A stretch of DNA of 64,000 bases from Escherichia coli (GCF_013315695.1 NZ_CP054353.1); one strand, 5' to 3'. Positions 23,656-36,386 are shown, counted from the first letter of the stretch. Notes: a model not told the origin generated them from the letters alone. Numbers and translations are program-made.

Positions 23656-24404
23656 GTGCCATTGAAGTTAAGAACCTGGTGAAAAAATTCCACGGTCAGA
23701 CGGTGCTGCATGGTATCGACCTTGAGGTGAAGCCTGGCGAAGTAGTGGCTATTATCGGTCCGAGTGGTTCCGGCAAAACCACGTTGCTACGCAGCATAAA
23801 TCTGCTGGAACAACCGGAAGCGGGAACCATCACCGTTGGCGATATCACTATTGATACTGCACGTTCATTAAGTCAGCAAAAATCGCTGATTCGCCAGTTG
23901 CGTCAGCACGTCGGGTTTGTCTTCCAGAACTTTAATCTGTTTCCGCATCGTACGGTGCTGGAAAACATTATTGAAGGGCCGGTGATCGTCAAAGGCGAAC
24001 CGAAAGAAGAGGCCACGGCGCGCGCTCGCGAGCTGCTGGCGAAAGTTGGGCTGGCCGGTAAAGAAACCAGTTATCCACGTCGTTTGTCTGGCGGTCAACA
24101 GCAGCGCGTTGCGATTGCGCGTGCTCTGGCAATGCGTCCTGAAGTGATTTTGTTTGATGAGCCAACGTCGGCGCTGGATCCAGAGCTGGTGGGCGAAGTC
24201 CTGAACACCATTCGTCAGCTGGCGCAGGAAAAGCGCACGATGGTGATTGTGACGCACGAAATGAGCTTTGCCCGGGATGTTGCGGACCGGGCGATTTTTA
24301 TGGACCAGGGGCGGATAGTCGAGCAGGGGGTAGCAAAAGCGTTATTTGCTGATCCTCAGCAGCCTCGCACCCGCCAGTTCCTGGAGAAGTTTCTGCTGCA
24401 ATAA
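23652..24404 (+). CDS. tcyN: Cystine ABC transporter ATPase TcyN (YecC)
   Basis: 250 aa with Walker A GPSGSGKTT and LSGGQQQR signature. Confidence 0.9.
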   Translation: MSAIEVKNLVKKFHGQTVLHGIDLEVKPGEVVAIIGPSGSGKTTLLRSINLLEQPEAGTITVGDITIDTARSLSQQKSLIRQLRQHVGFVFQNFNLFPHRTVLENIIEGPVIVKGEPKEEATARARELLAKVGLAGKETSYPRRLSGGQQQRVAIARALAMRPEVILFDEPTSALDPELVGEVLNTIRQLAQEKRTMVIVTHEMSFARDVADRAIFMDQGRIVEQGVAKALFADPQQPRTRQFLEKFLLQ

Positions 24405-24633
24405 TAAGAAAAAATCAGCCCCGACGATTCACCAGTCGGGGCGGGACGCCATTTCAAACGTGATAAAACTGCTTAACAAATCAGCATAACTCATTAATAA
24501 CATAAGAGAATGCGATGGCTTGCAAAAGTAATTCATTGCCTGAATAATATAAATTATATATAAATCTTATTTATGTGATAGTTTGAATTATCATTATAAA
24601 TGATACTCACTCTCAGGGGCGTTGCGGTTTACT

Positions 24634-25356
24634 ATGCAGGATACGGATTTTTTCAGCTGGCTTCGCACGATGTTGTTGCGTTTTCAGAGGATGGAGGCCG
24701 CAGAAGAGGTCTACCATGAAATAGAGCTTCAGGCTCAGCAGCTGGAGTACGATTACTATTCGTTATGTGTTCGCCACCCGGTACCATTCACGCGACCTAA
24801 AGTGGCTTTCTATACCAATTACCCTGAGTCGTGGGTTAGTTATTATCAGGCAAAAAATTTTCTCGCAATTGATCCGGTGCTGAACCCTGAAAACTTTAGT
24901 CAGGGCCATTTAATGTGGAATGATGACTTATTCAGCGAAGCACAGCCGTTATGGGAAGCTGCGCGCGCACATGGTTTACGCCGCGGTGTCACTCAGTATT
25001 TAATGCTGCCAAATCGGGCGTTGGGCTTTTTGTCCTTTTCCCGTTGCAGCACGCGCGAAATACCCATTCTTAGTGATGAACTGCAATTAAAAATGCAGCT
25101 ACTGGTGCGCGAAAGTCTGATGGCTCTGATGCGTTTAAATGATGAAATAGTGATGACGCCAGAGATGAATTTCAGCAAGCGCGAAAAAGAAATTCTGAAA
25201 TGGACGGCGGAAGGTAAGACATCAGCAGAGATAGCGATGATTTTGTCAATCTCTGAGAATACGGTCAATTTCCATCAGAAAAACATGCAGAAAAAAATCA
25301 ATGCACCGAATAAGACGCAGGTTGCCTGTTACGCGGCCGCTACTGGCTTAATTTGA
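24634..25356 (+). CDS. sdiA: LuxR-type quorum-sensing regulator SdiA
   Basis: 240 aa from MQDTDFFSW. Confidence 0.95.
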   Translation: MQDTDFFSWLRTMLLRFQRMEAAEEVYHEIELQAQQLEYDYYSLCVRHPVPFTRPKVAFYTNYPESWVSYYQAKNFLAIDPVLNPENFSQGHLMWNDDLFSEAQPLWEAARAHGLRRGVTQYLMLPNRALGFLSFSRCSTREIPILSDELQLKMQLLVRESLMALMRLNDEIVMTPEMNFSKREKEILKWTAEGKTSAEIAMILSISENTVNFHQKNMQKKINAPNKTQVACYAAATGLI

Positions 25357-25423
25357 TCTCTTTTCTGTTCTGCGTGCCAGATGCAAAAACCGGCTGAAAG
25401 GCACGCTCTCAGCCGGTTTTATA

Positions 25424-25648
25424 TTACTGACGGTAGGCTTGTTTAATTTGCTTAACCGTTTTGGAAAATACTGCAGCCTGGGTTTCGTCTTCGATCAGCG
25501 CAAGCTGTTTTTCCATCTTTAACATCACGCGGCCCGCGTCAGCTTGTCCCATCGCCTGCAGCATCAGCGTCAGCATCGCTTTCAGGCAGGAGACTTCATT
25601 TGCCAGTTCTTGATTATTCTCGGCAGTAGAAAAATCAGGCGTACTCAT
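25424..25648 (-). CDS. yecF: Small protein YecF
   Basis: 74-aa ORF. Confidence 0.8.
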
Positions 25649-26106
25649 TTATTTTCCTCGTCATGTTGCAATGAAAATTTGCGGTGAAAAATGTTAAGGC
25701 GGCGGAGTATACCATAAGCTTTGCTAAAAATAGCAGTGGTTGTTTTTTGAGCGTGATATCAACAGTACTATAAAATACGTTAATATAATGACCAATAAAT
25801 ATTTTTATCATGAATGTTTTTTGCCCGTATTGTTCGGGTTAATTAATGTTACATATTCAGCGGGCTGATTTTCATTTTTGCTGAATAAAGTCAATTTTTG
25901 TCACATTTCATCGCCGGGCTTACTGTGAAACGATCCCGGAAGCCGTTGGTGACGGGCGTGACCATAACTGTGGACAATCGAATTGACAAAAACGAGAGAA
26001 AAATCGAATACCCACCATTTTTAACGTTTCAAAGTTGCAATAAAAACCGCTAATATACGAATGACTAACTATCAGTAGCGTTATCCCTATTTCTGGAGAT
26101 ATTCCT

Positions 26107-26763
26107 TTGATCAACGTTCTACTTGTTGATGACCACGAACTGGTGCGCGCAGGGATACGACGCATTCTGGAAGATATAAAGGGTATAAAAGTCGTCGGTG
26201 AGGCATCGTGCGGTGAAGACGCCGTTAAATGGTGCCGGGCAAATGCCGTTGACGTGGTGCTAATGGACATGAGTATGCCGGGCATTGGCGGTCTTGAGGC
26301 GACGCGTAAAATCGCGCGTTCCACAGCTGATGTCAAAATCATCATGCTTACCGTCCATACAGAAAACCCTTTACCAGCGAAAGTCATGCAGGCCGGAGCT
26401 GCGGGCTACCTCAGCAAAGGCGCGGCTCCGCAGGAAGTCGTGAGTGCGATTCGTTCTGTCTATTCAGGGCAGCGTTACATTGCTTCTGATATCGCTCAAC
26501 AAATGGCGTTAAGCCAGATCGAACCAGAAAAAACAGAAAGCCCATTTGCCAGTTTGTCTGAACGTGAATTGCAGATTATGCTGATGATCACCAAGGGCCA
26601 GAAGGTCAATGAGATCTCAGAACAGCTCAATCTCAGTCCGAAAACGGTGAACAGCTACCGCTATCGTATGTTCAGTAAACTAAACATTCATGGCGATGTT
26701 GAGCTGACTCACCTGGCAATTCGCCATGGTCTGTGTAATGCGGAGACATTATCAAGTCAGTGA
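26107..26763 (+). CDS. uvrY: Response regulator UvrY
   Basis: 218 aa, apparent TTG start, [19 protein letters not shown]. Confidence 0.95.
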   Translation: MINVLLVDDHELVRAGIRRILEDIKGIKVVGEASCGEDAVKWCRANAVDVVLMDMSMPGIGGLEATRKIARSTADVKIIMLTVHTENPLPAKVMQAGAAGYLSKGAAPQEVVSAIRSVYSGQRYIASDIAQQMALSQIEPEKTESPFASLSERELQIMLMITKGQKVNEISEQLNLSPKTVNSYRYRMFSKLNIHGDVELTHLAIRHGLCNAETLSSQ

Positions 26764-28592
26764 GTGATCAGTTTGACGCAAAAGCGTTTTTAAAAACCGT
26801 AACCAGCCAGCCAGGCGTTTATCGCATGTACGATGCTGGTGGTACGGTTATCTATGTCGGCAAAGCGAAAGACCTGAAAAAACGGCTTTCCAGCTATTTC
26901 CGTAGCAACCTCGCTTCGCGCAAAACCGAAGCGCTGGTCGCCCAGATCCAGCAAATTGATGTAACGGTTACTCATACAGAAACCGAAGCGCTGTTACTGG
27001 AACACAACTACATCAAACTTTATCAGCCGCGTTACAACGTTTTGCTACGCGATGATAAATCATATCCTTTTATCTTCCTGAGTGGCGATACCCACCCGCG
27101 TCTGGCGATGCATCGTGGAGCGAAGCATGCCAAAGGTGAATATTTCGGCCCGTTCCCGAATGGCTATGCCGTACGTGAAACACTGGCGCTACTGCAAAAG
27201 ATTTTCCCCATTCGCCAGTGCGAAAACAGTGTTTATCGCAACCGCTCGCGTCCGTGTCTGCAATATCAGATAGGGCGCTGTCTGGGGCCGTGCGTTGAAG
27301 GACTGGTGAGTGAAGAAGAATACGCTCAGCAGGTCGAGTATGTGCGCCTGTTTTTGTCTGGCAAAGATGATCAGGTGCTTACGCAACTCATTAGTCGTAT
27401 GGAAACTGCCAGCCAGAATCTGGAGTTTGAAGAAGCGGCGCGGATTCGCGACCAAATTCAGGCGGTGCGACGTGTCACCGAAAAACAGTTTGTTTCCAAT
27501 ACCGGCGACGACCTTGACGTTATTGGAGTGGCGTTCGATGCGGGTATGGCTTGTGTCCACGTATTGTTCATTCGTCAGGGCAAAGTGCTCGGCAGCCGCA
27601 GCTATTTCCCGAAAGTGCCTGGCGGTACGGAACTGAGCGAGGTGGTGGAAACCTTCGTAGGTCAGTTCTATTTACAAGGCAGCCAGATGCGCACCTTACC
27701 TGGTGAGATCCTGCTCGATTTTAATCTTAGCGATAAAACGCTGCTCGCCGATTCCCTTTCAGAACTGGCGGGACGCAAGATTAATGTTCAAACCAAACCT
27801 CGTGGCGATAGAGCGCGTTATCTGAAACTCGCGCGTACCAATGCGGCGACGGCCTTAACCAGCAAACTTTCGCAGCAATCTACCGTTCACCAGCGGCTGA
27901 CCGCGCTTGCCAGCGTGTTGAAATTGCCGGAAGTGAAGCGGATGGAGTGCTTTGACATCAGCCATACCATGGGTGAACAAACCGTCGCTTCCTGTGTGGT
28001 GTTTGATGCTAACGGCCCGCTGCGTGCGGAGTATCGGCGCTATAACATTACTGGCATCACACCGGGCGATGATTATGCGGCGATGAATCAGGTGCTGCGT
28101 CGGCGTTATGGTAAAGCCATTGACGACAGTAAGATCCCGGATGTGATCCTTATCGACGGCGGCAAAGGCCAGCTTGCGCAGGCGAAAAATGTCTTCGCCG
28201 AACTGGATGTCTCATGGGATAAAAATCATCCGCTGCTACTTGGCGTTGCCAAAGGAGCAGATCGTAAGGCTGGGCTGGAAACGCTGTTCTTTGAGCCGGA
28301 AGGTGAGGGATTTAGTTTGCCGCCAGATTCTCCCGCGCTGCATGTTATCCAGCATATTCGCGATGAATCACACGATCACGCGATTGGCGGGCACCGTAAA
28401 AAACGGGCGAAGGTCAAAAATACCAGTTCCCTGGAAACCATTGAAGGCATCGGGCCAAAACGTCGGCAAATGTTGTTGAAATATATGGGTGGTTTGCAAG
28501 GTTTACGTAACGCCAGCGTTGAGGAAATTGCAAAAGTGCCGGGTATTTCGCAAGGTCTGGCAGAAAAGATCTTCTGGTCGTTGAAACATTGA
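26760..28592 (+). CDS. uvrC: Excinuclease ABC subunit C
   Basis: 610 aa, GTG start overlapping uvrY stop. Confidence 0.95.
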   Translation: MSDQFDAKAFLKTVTSQPGVYRMYDAGGTVIYVGKAKDLKKRLSSYFRSNLASRKTEALVAQIQQIDVTVTHTETEALLLEHNYIKLYQPRYNVLLRDDKSYPFIFLSGDTHPRLAMHRGAKHAKGEYFGPFPNGYAVRETLALLQKIFPIRQCENSVYRNRSRPCLQYQIGRCLGPCVEGLVSEEEYAQQVEYVRLFLSGKDDQVLTQLISRMETASQNLEFEEAARIRDQIQAVRRVTEKQFVSNTGDDLDVIGVAFDAGMACVHVLFIRQGKVLGSRSYFPKVPGGTELSEVVETFVGQFYLQGSQMRTLPGEILLDFNLSDKTLLADSLSELAGRKINVQTKPRGDRARYLKLARTNAATALTSKLSQQSTVHQRLTALASVLKLPEVKRMECFDISHTMGEQTVASCVVFDANGPLRAEYRRYNITGITPGDDYAAMNQVLRRRYGKAIDDSKIPDVILIDGGKGQLAQAKNVFAELDVSWDKNHPLLLGVAKGADRKAGLETLFFEPEGEGFSLPPDSPALHVIQHIRDESHDHAIGGHRKKRAKVKNTSSLETIEGIGPKRRQMLLKYMGGLQGLRNASVEEIAKVPGISQGLAEKIFWSLKH

Positions 28593-28648
28593 TGTCTCTG
28601 TAGCAACATAGGGGTAATCTTACTGACAACAGATAGTTACCCGTCATT

Positions 28649-29197
28649 ATGCAATTTAATATCCCTACGTTGCTTACACTGTTCCGTGTCATCCTTATCC
28701 CATTCTTTGTATTGGTCTTTTATCTGCCTGTCACCTGGTCGCCGTTTGCCGCCGCGCTCATTTTCTGCGTCGCGGCGGTGACTGACTGGTTCGATGGTTT
28801 TCTGGCACGCCGCTGGAATCAGAGTACCCGGTTTGGTGCTTTCCTTGACCCTGTCGCAGATAAAGTTCTCGTGGCTATCGCCATGGTGCTGGTAACCGAG
28901 CATTACCACAGCTGGTGGGTGACCTTACCGGCAGCAACGATGATCGCCCGTGAAATTATTATTTCTGCGCTACGCGAATGGATGGCGGAGTTGGGTAAAC
29001 GCAGTAGCGTGGCTGTCTCCTGGATTGGGAAAGTGAAAACCACTGCCCAGATGGTGGCGTTAGCTTGGCTGCTGTGGCGTCCGAACATTTGGGTTGAGTA
29101 CGCCGGTATTGCACTTTTCTTTGTGGCTGCGGTACTGACTCTGTGGTCAATGTTGCAATATTTGAGCGCTGCGCGTGCAGATTTGCTTGATCAGTGA
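28649..29197 (+). CDS. pgsA: CDP-diacylglycerol--glycerol-3-phosphate 3-phosphatidyltransferase
   Basis: 182 aa [25 protein letters not shown]. Confidence 0.95.
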
Positions 29198-29348
29198 TCG
29201 TTTCGGCGCAATTTTCAGCAAACGATCAAAAGTGGTGAAAAATATCGTTGACTCATCGCGCCAGGTAAGTAGAATGCAACGCATCGAACGGCGGCACTGA
29301 TTGCCAGACGATAATAAAATCAAGTGATTAACTGATTGCTTGATGAAT

Positions 29349-29424
<76 letters not shown>

Positions 29425-29478
29425 GTTTAAAAGACATCGGCGTCAAGCGGATGTCTGGCTGAAAGGCCTGAAGAATTT

Positions 29479-29552
29479 GGCGCGTTAACAAAGCGGTTAT
29501 GTAGCGGATTGCAAATCCGTCTAGTCCGGTTCGACTCCGGAACGCGCCTCCA
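29479..29552 (+). tRNA. cysT: tRNA-Cys (GCA)
   Basis: ggcgcgttaacaaagcggttatgtagcggattgcaaatccgtctagtccggttcgactccggaacgcgcctcca. Confidence 0.95.
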
Positions 29553-29564
29553 CTTTCTTCCCGA

Positions 29565-29651
29565 GCCCGGATGGTGGAATCGGTAGACACAAGGGATTTA
29601 AAATCCCTCGGCGTTCGCGCTGTGCGGGTTCAAGTCCCGCTCCGGGTACCA
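29565..29651 (+). tRNA. leuZ: tRNA-Leu (UAA)
   Basis: 87-nt class II tRNA gcccggatggtggaatcggtagacacaagggatttaaaatccc...ccgggtacca. Confidence 0.95.
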
Positions 29652-29693
29652 TGGGAAAGATAAGAATAAAATCAAAGCAATAAGCAGTGTCGT

Positions 29694-29718
29694 GAAACCA
29701 CCTTCGGGTGGTTTTTTT
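29694..29718 (+). terminator. Rho-independent terminator of the pgsA-tRNA transcript
   Basis: aaaccacc ttcg ggtggttt followed by tttt. Confidence 0.75.
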
Positions 29719-29846
29719 GTGCCTGCAACTTGTCGTTACACCCTCCTTAATTTTTAATCACCGGCAAAGCCACTCAAAAAGTATCTCTGATACGGACCGG
29801 CATGTAAGATAGGTGCTGGCGAGTTGAGATCCACAAGGAAAAGCGT

Positions 29847-30512
29847 ATGAAAACGGGACCGTTAAACGAAAGTGAGTTGGAATGGCTGGACGATATTCTG
29901 ACCAAATACAACACTGACCACGCCATTCTTGATGTGGCGGAGCTGGACGGTTTATTGACGGCGGTGTTGAGTTCTCCGCAAGAGATTGAACCGGCACAGT
30001 GGCTGGTTGCCGTGTGGGGTGGGGCTGACTATGTGCCGCGCTGGGCGTCAGAGAAAGAGATGACGCGCTTTATGAACCTGGCTTTTCAACATATGGCCGA
30101 TACCGCAGAGCGTCTGAACGAATTCCCGGAGCAGTTTGAGCCGTTATTCGGCTTGCGAGAAGTCGATGGCAGCGAGCTGACGATTGTTGAGGAGTGGTGC
30201 TTTGGCTATATGCGGGGCGTGGCACTTTCTGACTGGTCAACGTTGCCCGATTCGTTAAAACCAGCGCTGGAGGCGATTGCGCTGCACGGTACTGAGGAAA
30301 ACTTCGAGCGGGTAGAGAAGATGTCGCCAGAAGCGTTTGAAGAGAGCGTAGATGCTATTCGGCTGGCGGCGCTTGATTTACATGCATACTGGATGGCGCA
30401 TCCGCAGGAAAAAGCTGTTCAGCAACCGATCAAAGCAGAAGAGAAACCGGGGCGTAACGATCCTTGTCCGTGTGGCAGTGGTAAGAAATTTAAGCAGTGC
30501 TGCCTGCATTAA
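29847..30512 (+). CDS. yecA: SEC-C motif protein YecA (UPF0149)
   Basis: 221 aa with C-terminal [13 protein letters not shown] metal-binding motif. Confidence 0.85.
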   Translation: MKTGPLNESELEWLDDILTKYNTDHAILDVAELDGLLTAVLSSPQEIEPAQWLVAVWGGADYVPRWASEKEMTRFMNLAFQHMADTAERLNEFPEQFEPLFGLREVDGSELTIVEEWCFGYMRGVALSDWSTLPDSLKPALEAIALHGTEENFERVEKMSPEAFEESVDAIRLAALDLHAYWMAHPQEKAVQQPIKAEEKPGRNDPCPCGSGKKFKQCCLH

Positions 30513-30562
30513 GAGGTCACATTGGGTGTCAGCGTTAATTCTGGCACCCAATAAGAATCTAA

Positions 30563-31774
30563 TCACCCCACTTCTGGTAACAAGCCTGCCGCAATCAAAA
30601 ATTGCACGCCAATCACAGCAATACCACAGAGAAACACCACCACCAGCGCCGGACGACCACCTTTCACCCGGTAACCCGCCTGAGGATTGTGCTTCCTGCT
30701 TTGCCAGGTCAACAGCGAAGGGATAATCAATGCCAGTACCGCCAGTGCCACACCGGCGTAACCCAGCGCCATCACAAATCCTCGTGGATAAAACAGTGCA
30801 AACGCCAGTGGCGGCAGAAAGGTAATTGCACCAGTTTGCAATCGTCCACCAACGGTATTTGAACGCTGAAACAAATCTGCCAGATAATCAAATAAGCCTA
30901 ACGCTACGCCGAGGAAGGACGTGGCGAGGGCTAAATCAGCAAATAAATGCACTGCCAGCTCAACATGCGGAGAGGCCACCATTTCGCGTAACGCCTGTAA
31001 CAGCCCGTTTAATCCGGCATGATTAGCCAGCAATCCCATAAAGGTTGTTGAATCAATGCTGCCAAGGGTCGCCAGCTGCCAGAAAATATATGCCACCAGG
31101 GGGATCGCACTACCGATTATAAACACCCAGCGTAGCTTACGAATGTTGCCATCCATATAGCTGACAATACTCGGCACGCTACCGTGAAAACCAAACGACG
31201 TAAAAATCACCGGGATTGCAGACAGTGCCAGTCCCTGTTGCAACGGCAGGGTTAAAAGATTCACTTTGTGAATATGCGGTAGCAGCAATACCAGCATCAC
31301 CACCAAAAAAATAATTTTGGCGCTGAACAGAAAACGGTTAAATAAATCGACCAGCGAAGTTCCGACACAAACCACGCCACCGGCAACAAAAGTGAACAAC
31401 AGCACGCCAGCGGTTGCCGACATTGAAATACCTGTCCAGTCGCTGATGCTGGAGGCCAACAATTCACCGGCACCGCTGATGTATGCCGCAGTCAGAGCAT
31501 ACATTAAGAACATCATACTGAAGCCCGTCAGCCACTGACCGTAGCGTCCCAGATAGCGTTTTGCCAGCGTGCCCAGACCGGTATCTGCCGGGACATGCTG
31601 GTACACCTCCAGCAGTAATAGCGCCGTGTAGCACATCAATGCCCAAAGCCCAATTAACAAGATTAACGTGACGCTAAAACCAACACCTGCCGCAGCCAGC
31701 GGCATTGCCAGCATACCAGCGCCAATTGTGGTTCCCGCCACGATAAAAACACTTCCCAGAGTTCTGTTTTTCAC
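30563..31774 (-). CDS. tyrP: Tyrosine-specific transporter
   Basis: 403-aa membrane transporter. Confidence 0.95.
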   Translation of the reverse strand: MKNRTLGSVFIVAGTTIGAGMLAMPLAAAGVGFSVTLILLIGLWALMCYTALLLLEVYQHVPADTGLGTLAKRYLGRYGQWLTGFSMMFLMYALTAAYISGAGELLASSISDWTGISMSATAGVLLFTFVAGGVVCVGTSLVDLFNRFLFSAKIIFLVVMLVLLLPHIHKVNLLTLPLQQGLALSAIPVIFTSFGFHGSVPSIVSYMDGNIRKLRWVFIIGSAIPLVAYIFWQLATLGSIDSTTFMGLLANHAGLNGLLQALREMVASPHVELAVHLFADLALATSFLGVALGLFDYLADLFQRSNTVGGRLQTGAITFLPPLAFALFYPRGFVMALGYAGVALAVLALIIPSLLTWQSRKHNPQAGYRVKGGRPALVVVFLCGIAVIGVQFLIAAGLLPEVG

Positions 31775-31964
31775 GCTTTCTTCTGTCCTGACGATCTTTA
31801 TGAGTGATATCTGCGGCGCAGGTTAAGGCATAACGGCTGATTCGTCAAACCGACGTTACATATGTTGTAAATATAAATGTACAATAAAAAGCGTTCAGTT
31901 CTGCGCTGGCGCAAAGTCTTCATAAGCGGCAATCGCTACGCTAGGCTTTTTTTGAGGAGGAACG

Positions 31965-32204
31965 ATGGACTCTATTCACGGTCACGAAGTGTTAAATATG
32001 ATGATTGAATCAGGCGAGCAATATACGCATGCCAGTCTGGAAGCAGCAATTAAAGCGCGTTTTGGTGAACAGGCACGTTTTCACACCTGCTCGGCAGAAG
32101 GGATGACTGCGGGAGAGTTGGTGGCGTTTCTGGCAGCAAAAGGCAAATTTATACCTTCAGAAGAAGGTTTTTCAACCGATCAGAGTAAGATTTGCCGTCA
32201 CTGA
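31965..32204 (+). CDS. yecH: YecH
   Basis: 79-aa ORF. Confidence 0.8.
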   Translation: MDSIHGHEVLNMMIESGEQYTHASLEAAIKARFGEQARFHTCSAEGMTAGELVAFLAAKGKFIPSEEGFSTDQSKICRH

Positions 32205-32241
32205 TTTGAAACGGCGGCAGAAAACCTGCCGCCGGAGAGCA

Positions 32242-32739
32242 TTAGTTTTGTGTGTCGAGGGTAGAGAGTTCTTTGTCGATAAAATACAGACCTTCGCCGC
32301 TTTTGCCTGCAAGGCTTAATTTATCAATAATCGATTTGAACAGTTTCTCTTCTTCATGCTGCTCAGAAACATACCATTGCAGGAAATTAAATGTTGGGTA
32401 GTCCTGATTGGTCATTGCAGCATGAGCCAGTTCGTTAATTTTCTGCGTGATTAATTGTTCGTGTTTATAGGTTTCCTGGAATAATTCATCAAGTGAGGAA
32501 TATTCAGCAAACGGAGATTCAACGGTATTAATACGCGGTAAGTTGCCGGTATCAGTCAGGTAATCAAACAGACGCTGCATATGCGTCATCTCTTCCTGGG
32601 CGTGACGGCGCAGGAACGCGGCAGCACCTTCGAAGGTATGATAGCTGCACCAGGCGCTCATTTGCTGATAAAGCAGTGAAGAGTACAGTTCCAGGTTCAT
32701 CTGCTCATTAAGTTTTTCAATCATTTCTGGTTTCAGCAT
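32242..32739 (-). CDS. ftnA: Ferritin FtnA
   Basis: 165 aa from [21 protein letters not shown]. Confidence 0.95.
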
Positions 32740-32910
32740 GATAGTGCTCCACAAAGGTTATATTTGTTGCTGTAGCGTCACTATAATTTGTTATTTTATT
32801 ATTTGCAAAAGGTAAAATATAAATATCATTTATTAAAAATACGAATGGGAATAAAACGCATTACCGCTATTTATTTAATCAGCGAAGATCCCCCTCGCTG
32901 ATTAAAACGT

Positions 32911-33234
32911 TTAGAGAAAGACAGGGAAGGCGGAATGATGGCACTGATATGACAAAGTGAATTCCGTATTCAAACATAAGGAACCCGCAAAGAGGCTACA
33001 GTTGCCTACTGGCTGACCAAAGGGGATAGCGTGGGTATAGCCTGCCTGCTGGCATGCGCGATCGGCGATCCCGCGACTGACATAACGATCGGTACTGGCA
33101 TGCTGCAAAAAAGCCTGATCATAAACCAACCGAACAATACCTGTTGCCGCGTCAACTTCGCTCACATGGGCCTGGCGAGTAACCGTACATCCTGTCAGCG
33201 TTATTAAGGAAAGAGTCAGAATCAGAAGTCTCAT
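32911..33234 (-). CDS. yecR: Lipoprotein YecR
   Basis: 107 aa with lipobox LTGC. Confidence 0.8.
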   Translation of the reverse strand: MRLLILTLSLITLTGCTVTRQAHVSEVDAATGIVRLVYDQAFLQHASTDRYVSRGIADRACQQAGYTHAIPFGQPVGNCSLFAGSLCLNTEFTLSYQCHHSAFPVFL

Positions 33235-33497
33235 GGTCCAGCCAGAAGAGTAAAAGAAAGCAGTATTTTACGCGTTACAGCGCTGCGACAATGGCCGGAA
33301 AAGACGCCTGGCAGGCGCTATTTCTTGCCATCTGTATGTGTTAGAAATTGGGGGGGCTGCTTTTTGATTATCATTTTTATAACATTAAAGGGGTATTTAT
33401 GTGATTTACATCACATAAAGATTGATTTTTGTGATGGTTGTCATATTATAAACGTAAAGACAATAACACCTGTATAACAAATGGTCGGAGTACCGCG

Positions 33498-33584
33498 ATG
33501 AAACTGCGCAAGATCCTGAAAAGTATGTTCAATAACTATTGCAAGACGTTCAAAGACGTACCGCCAGGCAATATGTTCCGATAA
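33498..33584 (+). CDS. azuC: Small protein AzuC (28 aa) on dual-function RNA
   Basis: atgaaactgcgcaagatcctgaaaagtatgttcaataactattgcaagacgttcaaagacgtaccgccaggcaatatgttccgataa; below the ORF-track size cutoff. Confidence 0.7.
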   Translation: MKLRKILKSMFNNYCKTFKDVPPGNMFR

Positions 33585-33585
33585 C

Positions 33586-33612
33586 AAAAAACCTGCTCCG
33601 GCAGGTTTTTTT
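33586..33612 (+). terminator. Rho-independent terminator after azuC
   Basis: aaaaaacctgc tccg gcaggtttttt. Confidence 0.6.
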
Positions 33613-33698
33613 GTGTTCTGATGACGGTGGATGTGACTATCGCTGAAGATGTGAAGCCGCTACTATAACGGCTTTCAAAATGCTATCAGGAGTTTACG

Positions 33699-33950
33699 AT
33701 GTCCCAGCCGCTGAATGCCGATCAGGAACTGGTTTCTGATGTGGTTGCTTGCCAGTTGGTTATCAAACAAATTCTGGATGTTCTCGATGTGATCGCGCCC
33801 GTTGAAGTTCGCGAAAAAATGTCCAGCCAGCTGAAGAATATCGACTTTACTAACCATCCCGCCGCCGCAGACCCGGTCACCATGCGGGCAATCCAAAAAG
33901 CCATCGCGTTGATTGAACTCAAGTTTACCCCACAGGGCGAATCCCATTAA
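33699..33950 (+). CDS. yecJ: YecJ (DUF2766)
   Basis: 83-aa ORF. Confidence 0.8.
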
Positions 33951-34027
33951 AAAACCGCTGCTTCAAAAAAATGAGGCAGCGGTTTCTCAAAAACTTCATC
34001 GGCGCAATGCATTAGCGCCGATGATGA

Positions 34028-34531
34028 TCAATGTAGCTGATGCGACACGACATTCAGAACATGTTGGTCGGTCTGCACAGGACACATACCAGCAAGTTTC
34101 GCACTGCGCACTTCATCAAGAATGGTTTGCAGTAACAGGCCATCATGCTGCTGTTCTTTTTCCAGATCGCGCAGGAAATTGACGGTTGAATCATCATTCA
34201 GTTCTTTCGCTTCATCGGCTAACTGCGCCAGCGTGCTTGAACGTTGCTCGTATTCTTCCATCGTTTTTTGGAACAGTTCTTCCAGAGAGTTCAGTTTTTC
34301 ACCGGGAACATCAATGGCTTTAACGATGGGGGTAGCGCCGACACTCTTCATAAAGTTAAACATGCGCATCATTTGGGTCACATTACTCTGTGCCTGGGCG
34401 CGAAGGAAAGTGGCGGTGCCGTTCAGACTCTGTTCAGAACACCAGTTACTCAGGTGAAGGTAGAGATTGGATGCGTAAAACTCGCGGTTCATTTGAGAGT
34501 TGAGTTTGAGAAGCATTCCAGCGGTTGCCAT
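34028..34531 (-). CDS. ftnB: Ferritin-like protein FtnB
   Basis: 167-aa ORF. Confidence 0.9.
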   Translation of the reverse strand: MATAGMLLKLNSQMNREFYASNLYLHLSNWCSEQSLNGTATFLRAQAQSNVTQMMRMFNFMKSVGATPIVKAIDVPGEKLNSLEELFQKTMEEYEQRSSTLAQLADEAKELNDDSTVNFLRDLEKEQQHDGLLLQTILDEVRSAKLAGMCPVQTDQHVLNVVSHQLH

Positions 34532-35327
34532 ACCTAATATCCTTATATCCAGAAGTGGAGAGGTGCAAGATAAATCAAAACACCATAATTACTGTTTGCA
34601 GAATAATTCCTTTCTGCCGGTCCGAAATGTGATCGTGGAGTCAATTCTGACGATGATCTGAAATAAGAATAACGTCTGAACGGGTATAAGAAAATGCTTA
34701 AATCATCAAGTTTATATATTTTTACATTTCATTGATGAAATCAATGTAACTGTAATGAATTTTAATGATGGTGCTTTTTGTATCTTGTTGATATTAATCG
34801 ATGAATTTGAATTCATGATGAAGCAATGATTTTATAAAACGTTTTTTCATTTTTGCGATATAGCTCTCATTATACGTGTTCTGTTAATTAATGAGTACAG
34901 TGATAATTAATGGCGAAATGAATGACGCGCATTTTCCACATCTTTAAGTTGCGGTTATTACACCATTGCAAAAACTCAACGCCAGGTAATGAGGCCTATT
35001 GACTGGTTAAAAAGAAGACATCCCGCATGGGTACCAAAGACAACAAGGACTTCCAGGCTAATCTTATGGATTATTCTGCTGTGCACTCGATAATTTGTCT
35101 GACAAATTCGCTTTTCCTTATGTCTTTTCCCGCTAAATTTATGCACGTTCTCACTGTAATTCTGCGATGTGATATTGCTCTCCTATGGAGAATTAATTTC
35201 TCGCTAAAACTATGTCAACACAGTCACTTATCTTTTAGTTAAAAGGTAATGCTTTGTTTTCCGATTAATTTAACGAATGTCATTCGTTTTTGCCCTACAC
35301 AAAACGACACTAAAGCTGGAGAGAACC

Positions 35328-36317
35328 ATGCACAAATTTACTAAAGCCCTGGCAGCCATTGGTCTAGCAGCCGTTATGTCACAATCCGCTATGGCGGAGA
35401 ACCTGAAGCTCGGTTTCCTGGTGAAGCAACCGGAAGAGCCGTGGTTCCAGACCGAATGGAAGTTTGCCGATAAAGCCGGGAAGGATTTAGGGTTTGAAGT
35501 TATTAAGATTGCCGTGCCGGATGGCGAAAAAACATTGAACGCTATCGACAGCCTGGCTGCCAGTGGCGCGAAAGGTTTCGTTATTTGTACTCCGGACCCG
35601 AAACTCGGCTCTGCCATCGTGGCGAAAGCGCGTGGCTACGATATGAAAGTCATTGCCGTGGATGACCAGTTTGTTAACGCCAAAGGTAAGCCAATGGATA
35701 CCGTTCCGCTGGTGATGATGGCTGCGACCAAAATTGGCGAACGTCAGGGCCAGGAACTGTATAAAGAGATGCAGAAACGTGGCTGGGATGTCAAAGAAAG
35801 CGCGGTGATGGCGATTACCTCCAACGAACTGGATACGGCTCGTCGCCGTACTACGGGGTCTATGGATGCGCTGAAAGCTGCAGGATTCCCGGAAAAACAA
35901 ATTTATCAGGTACCTACCAAATCTAACGACATCCCGGGGGCATTTGACGCTGCCAACTCAATGCTGGTTCAACATCCGGAAGTTAAACATTGGCTGATTG
36001 TCGGTATGAACGACAGCACCGTGCTGGGCGGCGTACGCGCGACGGAAGGTCAGGGCTTTAAAGCGAGCGATATCATCGGTATCGGTATTAACGGTGTGGA
36101 TGCGGTGAGTGAACTGTCTAAGGCACAGGCAACCGGCTTCTACGGTTCCCTGCTGCCAAGCCCGGACGTACATGGTTATAAGTCCAGCGAAATGCTTTAC
36201 AACTGGGTTGCAAAAGGTGTTGAACCGACCAAATTCACCGAAGTTACCGACGTGGTGCTGATCACGCGTGACAACTTTAAAGAAGAACTGGAGAAAAAAG
36301 GTTTAGGCGGTAAGTAA
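35328..36317 (+). CDS. araF: L-arabinose ABC transporter periplasmic binding protein
   Basis: 329 aa with signal peptide MHKFTKALAAIGLAAVMSQSAMA. Confidence 0.95.
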   Translation: MHKFTKALAAIGLAAVMSQSAMAENLKLGFLVKQPEEPWFQTEWKFADKAGKDLGFEVIKIAVPDGEKTLNAIDSLAASGAKGFVICTPDPKLGSAIVAKARGYDMKVIAVDDQFVNAKGKPMDTVPLVMMAATKIGERQGQELYKEMQKRGWDVKESAVMAITSNELDTARRRTTGSMDALKAAGFPEKQIYQVPTKSNDIPGAFDAANSMLVQHPEVKHWLIVGMNDSTVLGGVRATEGQGFKASDIIGIGINGVDAVSELSKAQATGFYGSLLPSPDVHGYKSSEMLYNWVAKGVEPTKFTEVTDVVLITRDNFKEELEKKGLGGK

Positions 36318-36386
36318 TTTGCCGGAAAAATTCCCCTCTGCATGATGCAGAGGGGGTGTGAACGACCAGTGATTCACGGAGACGTT

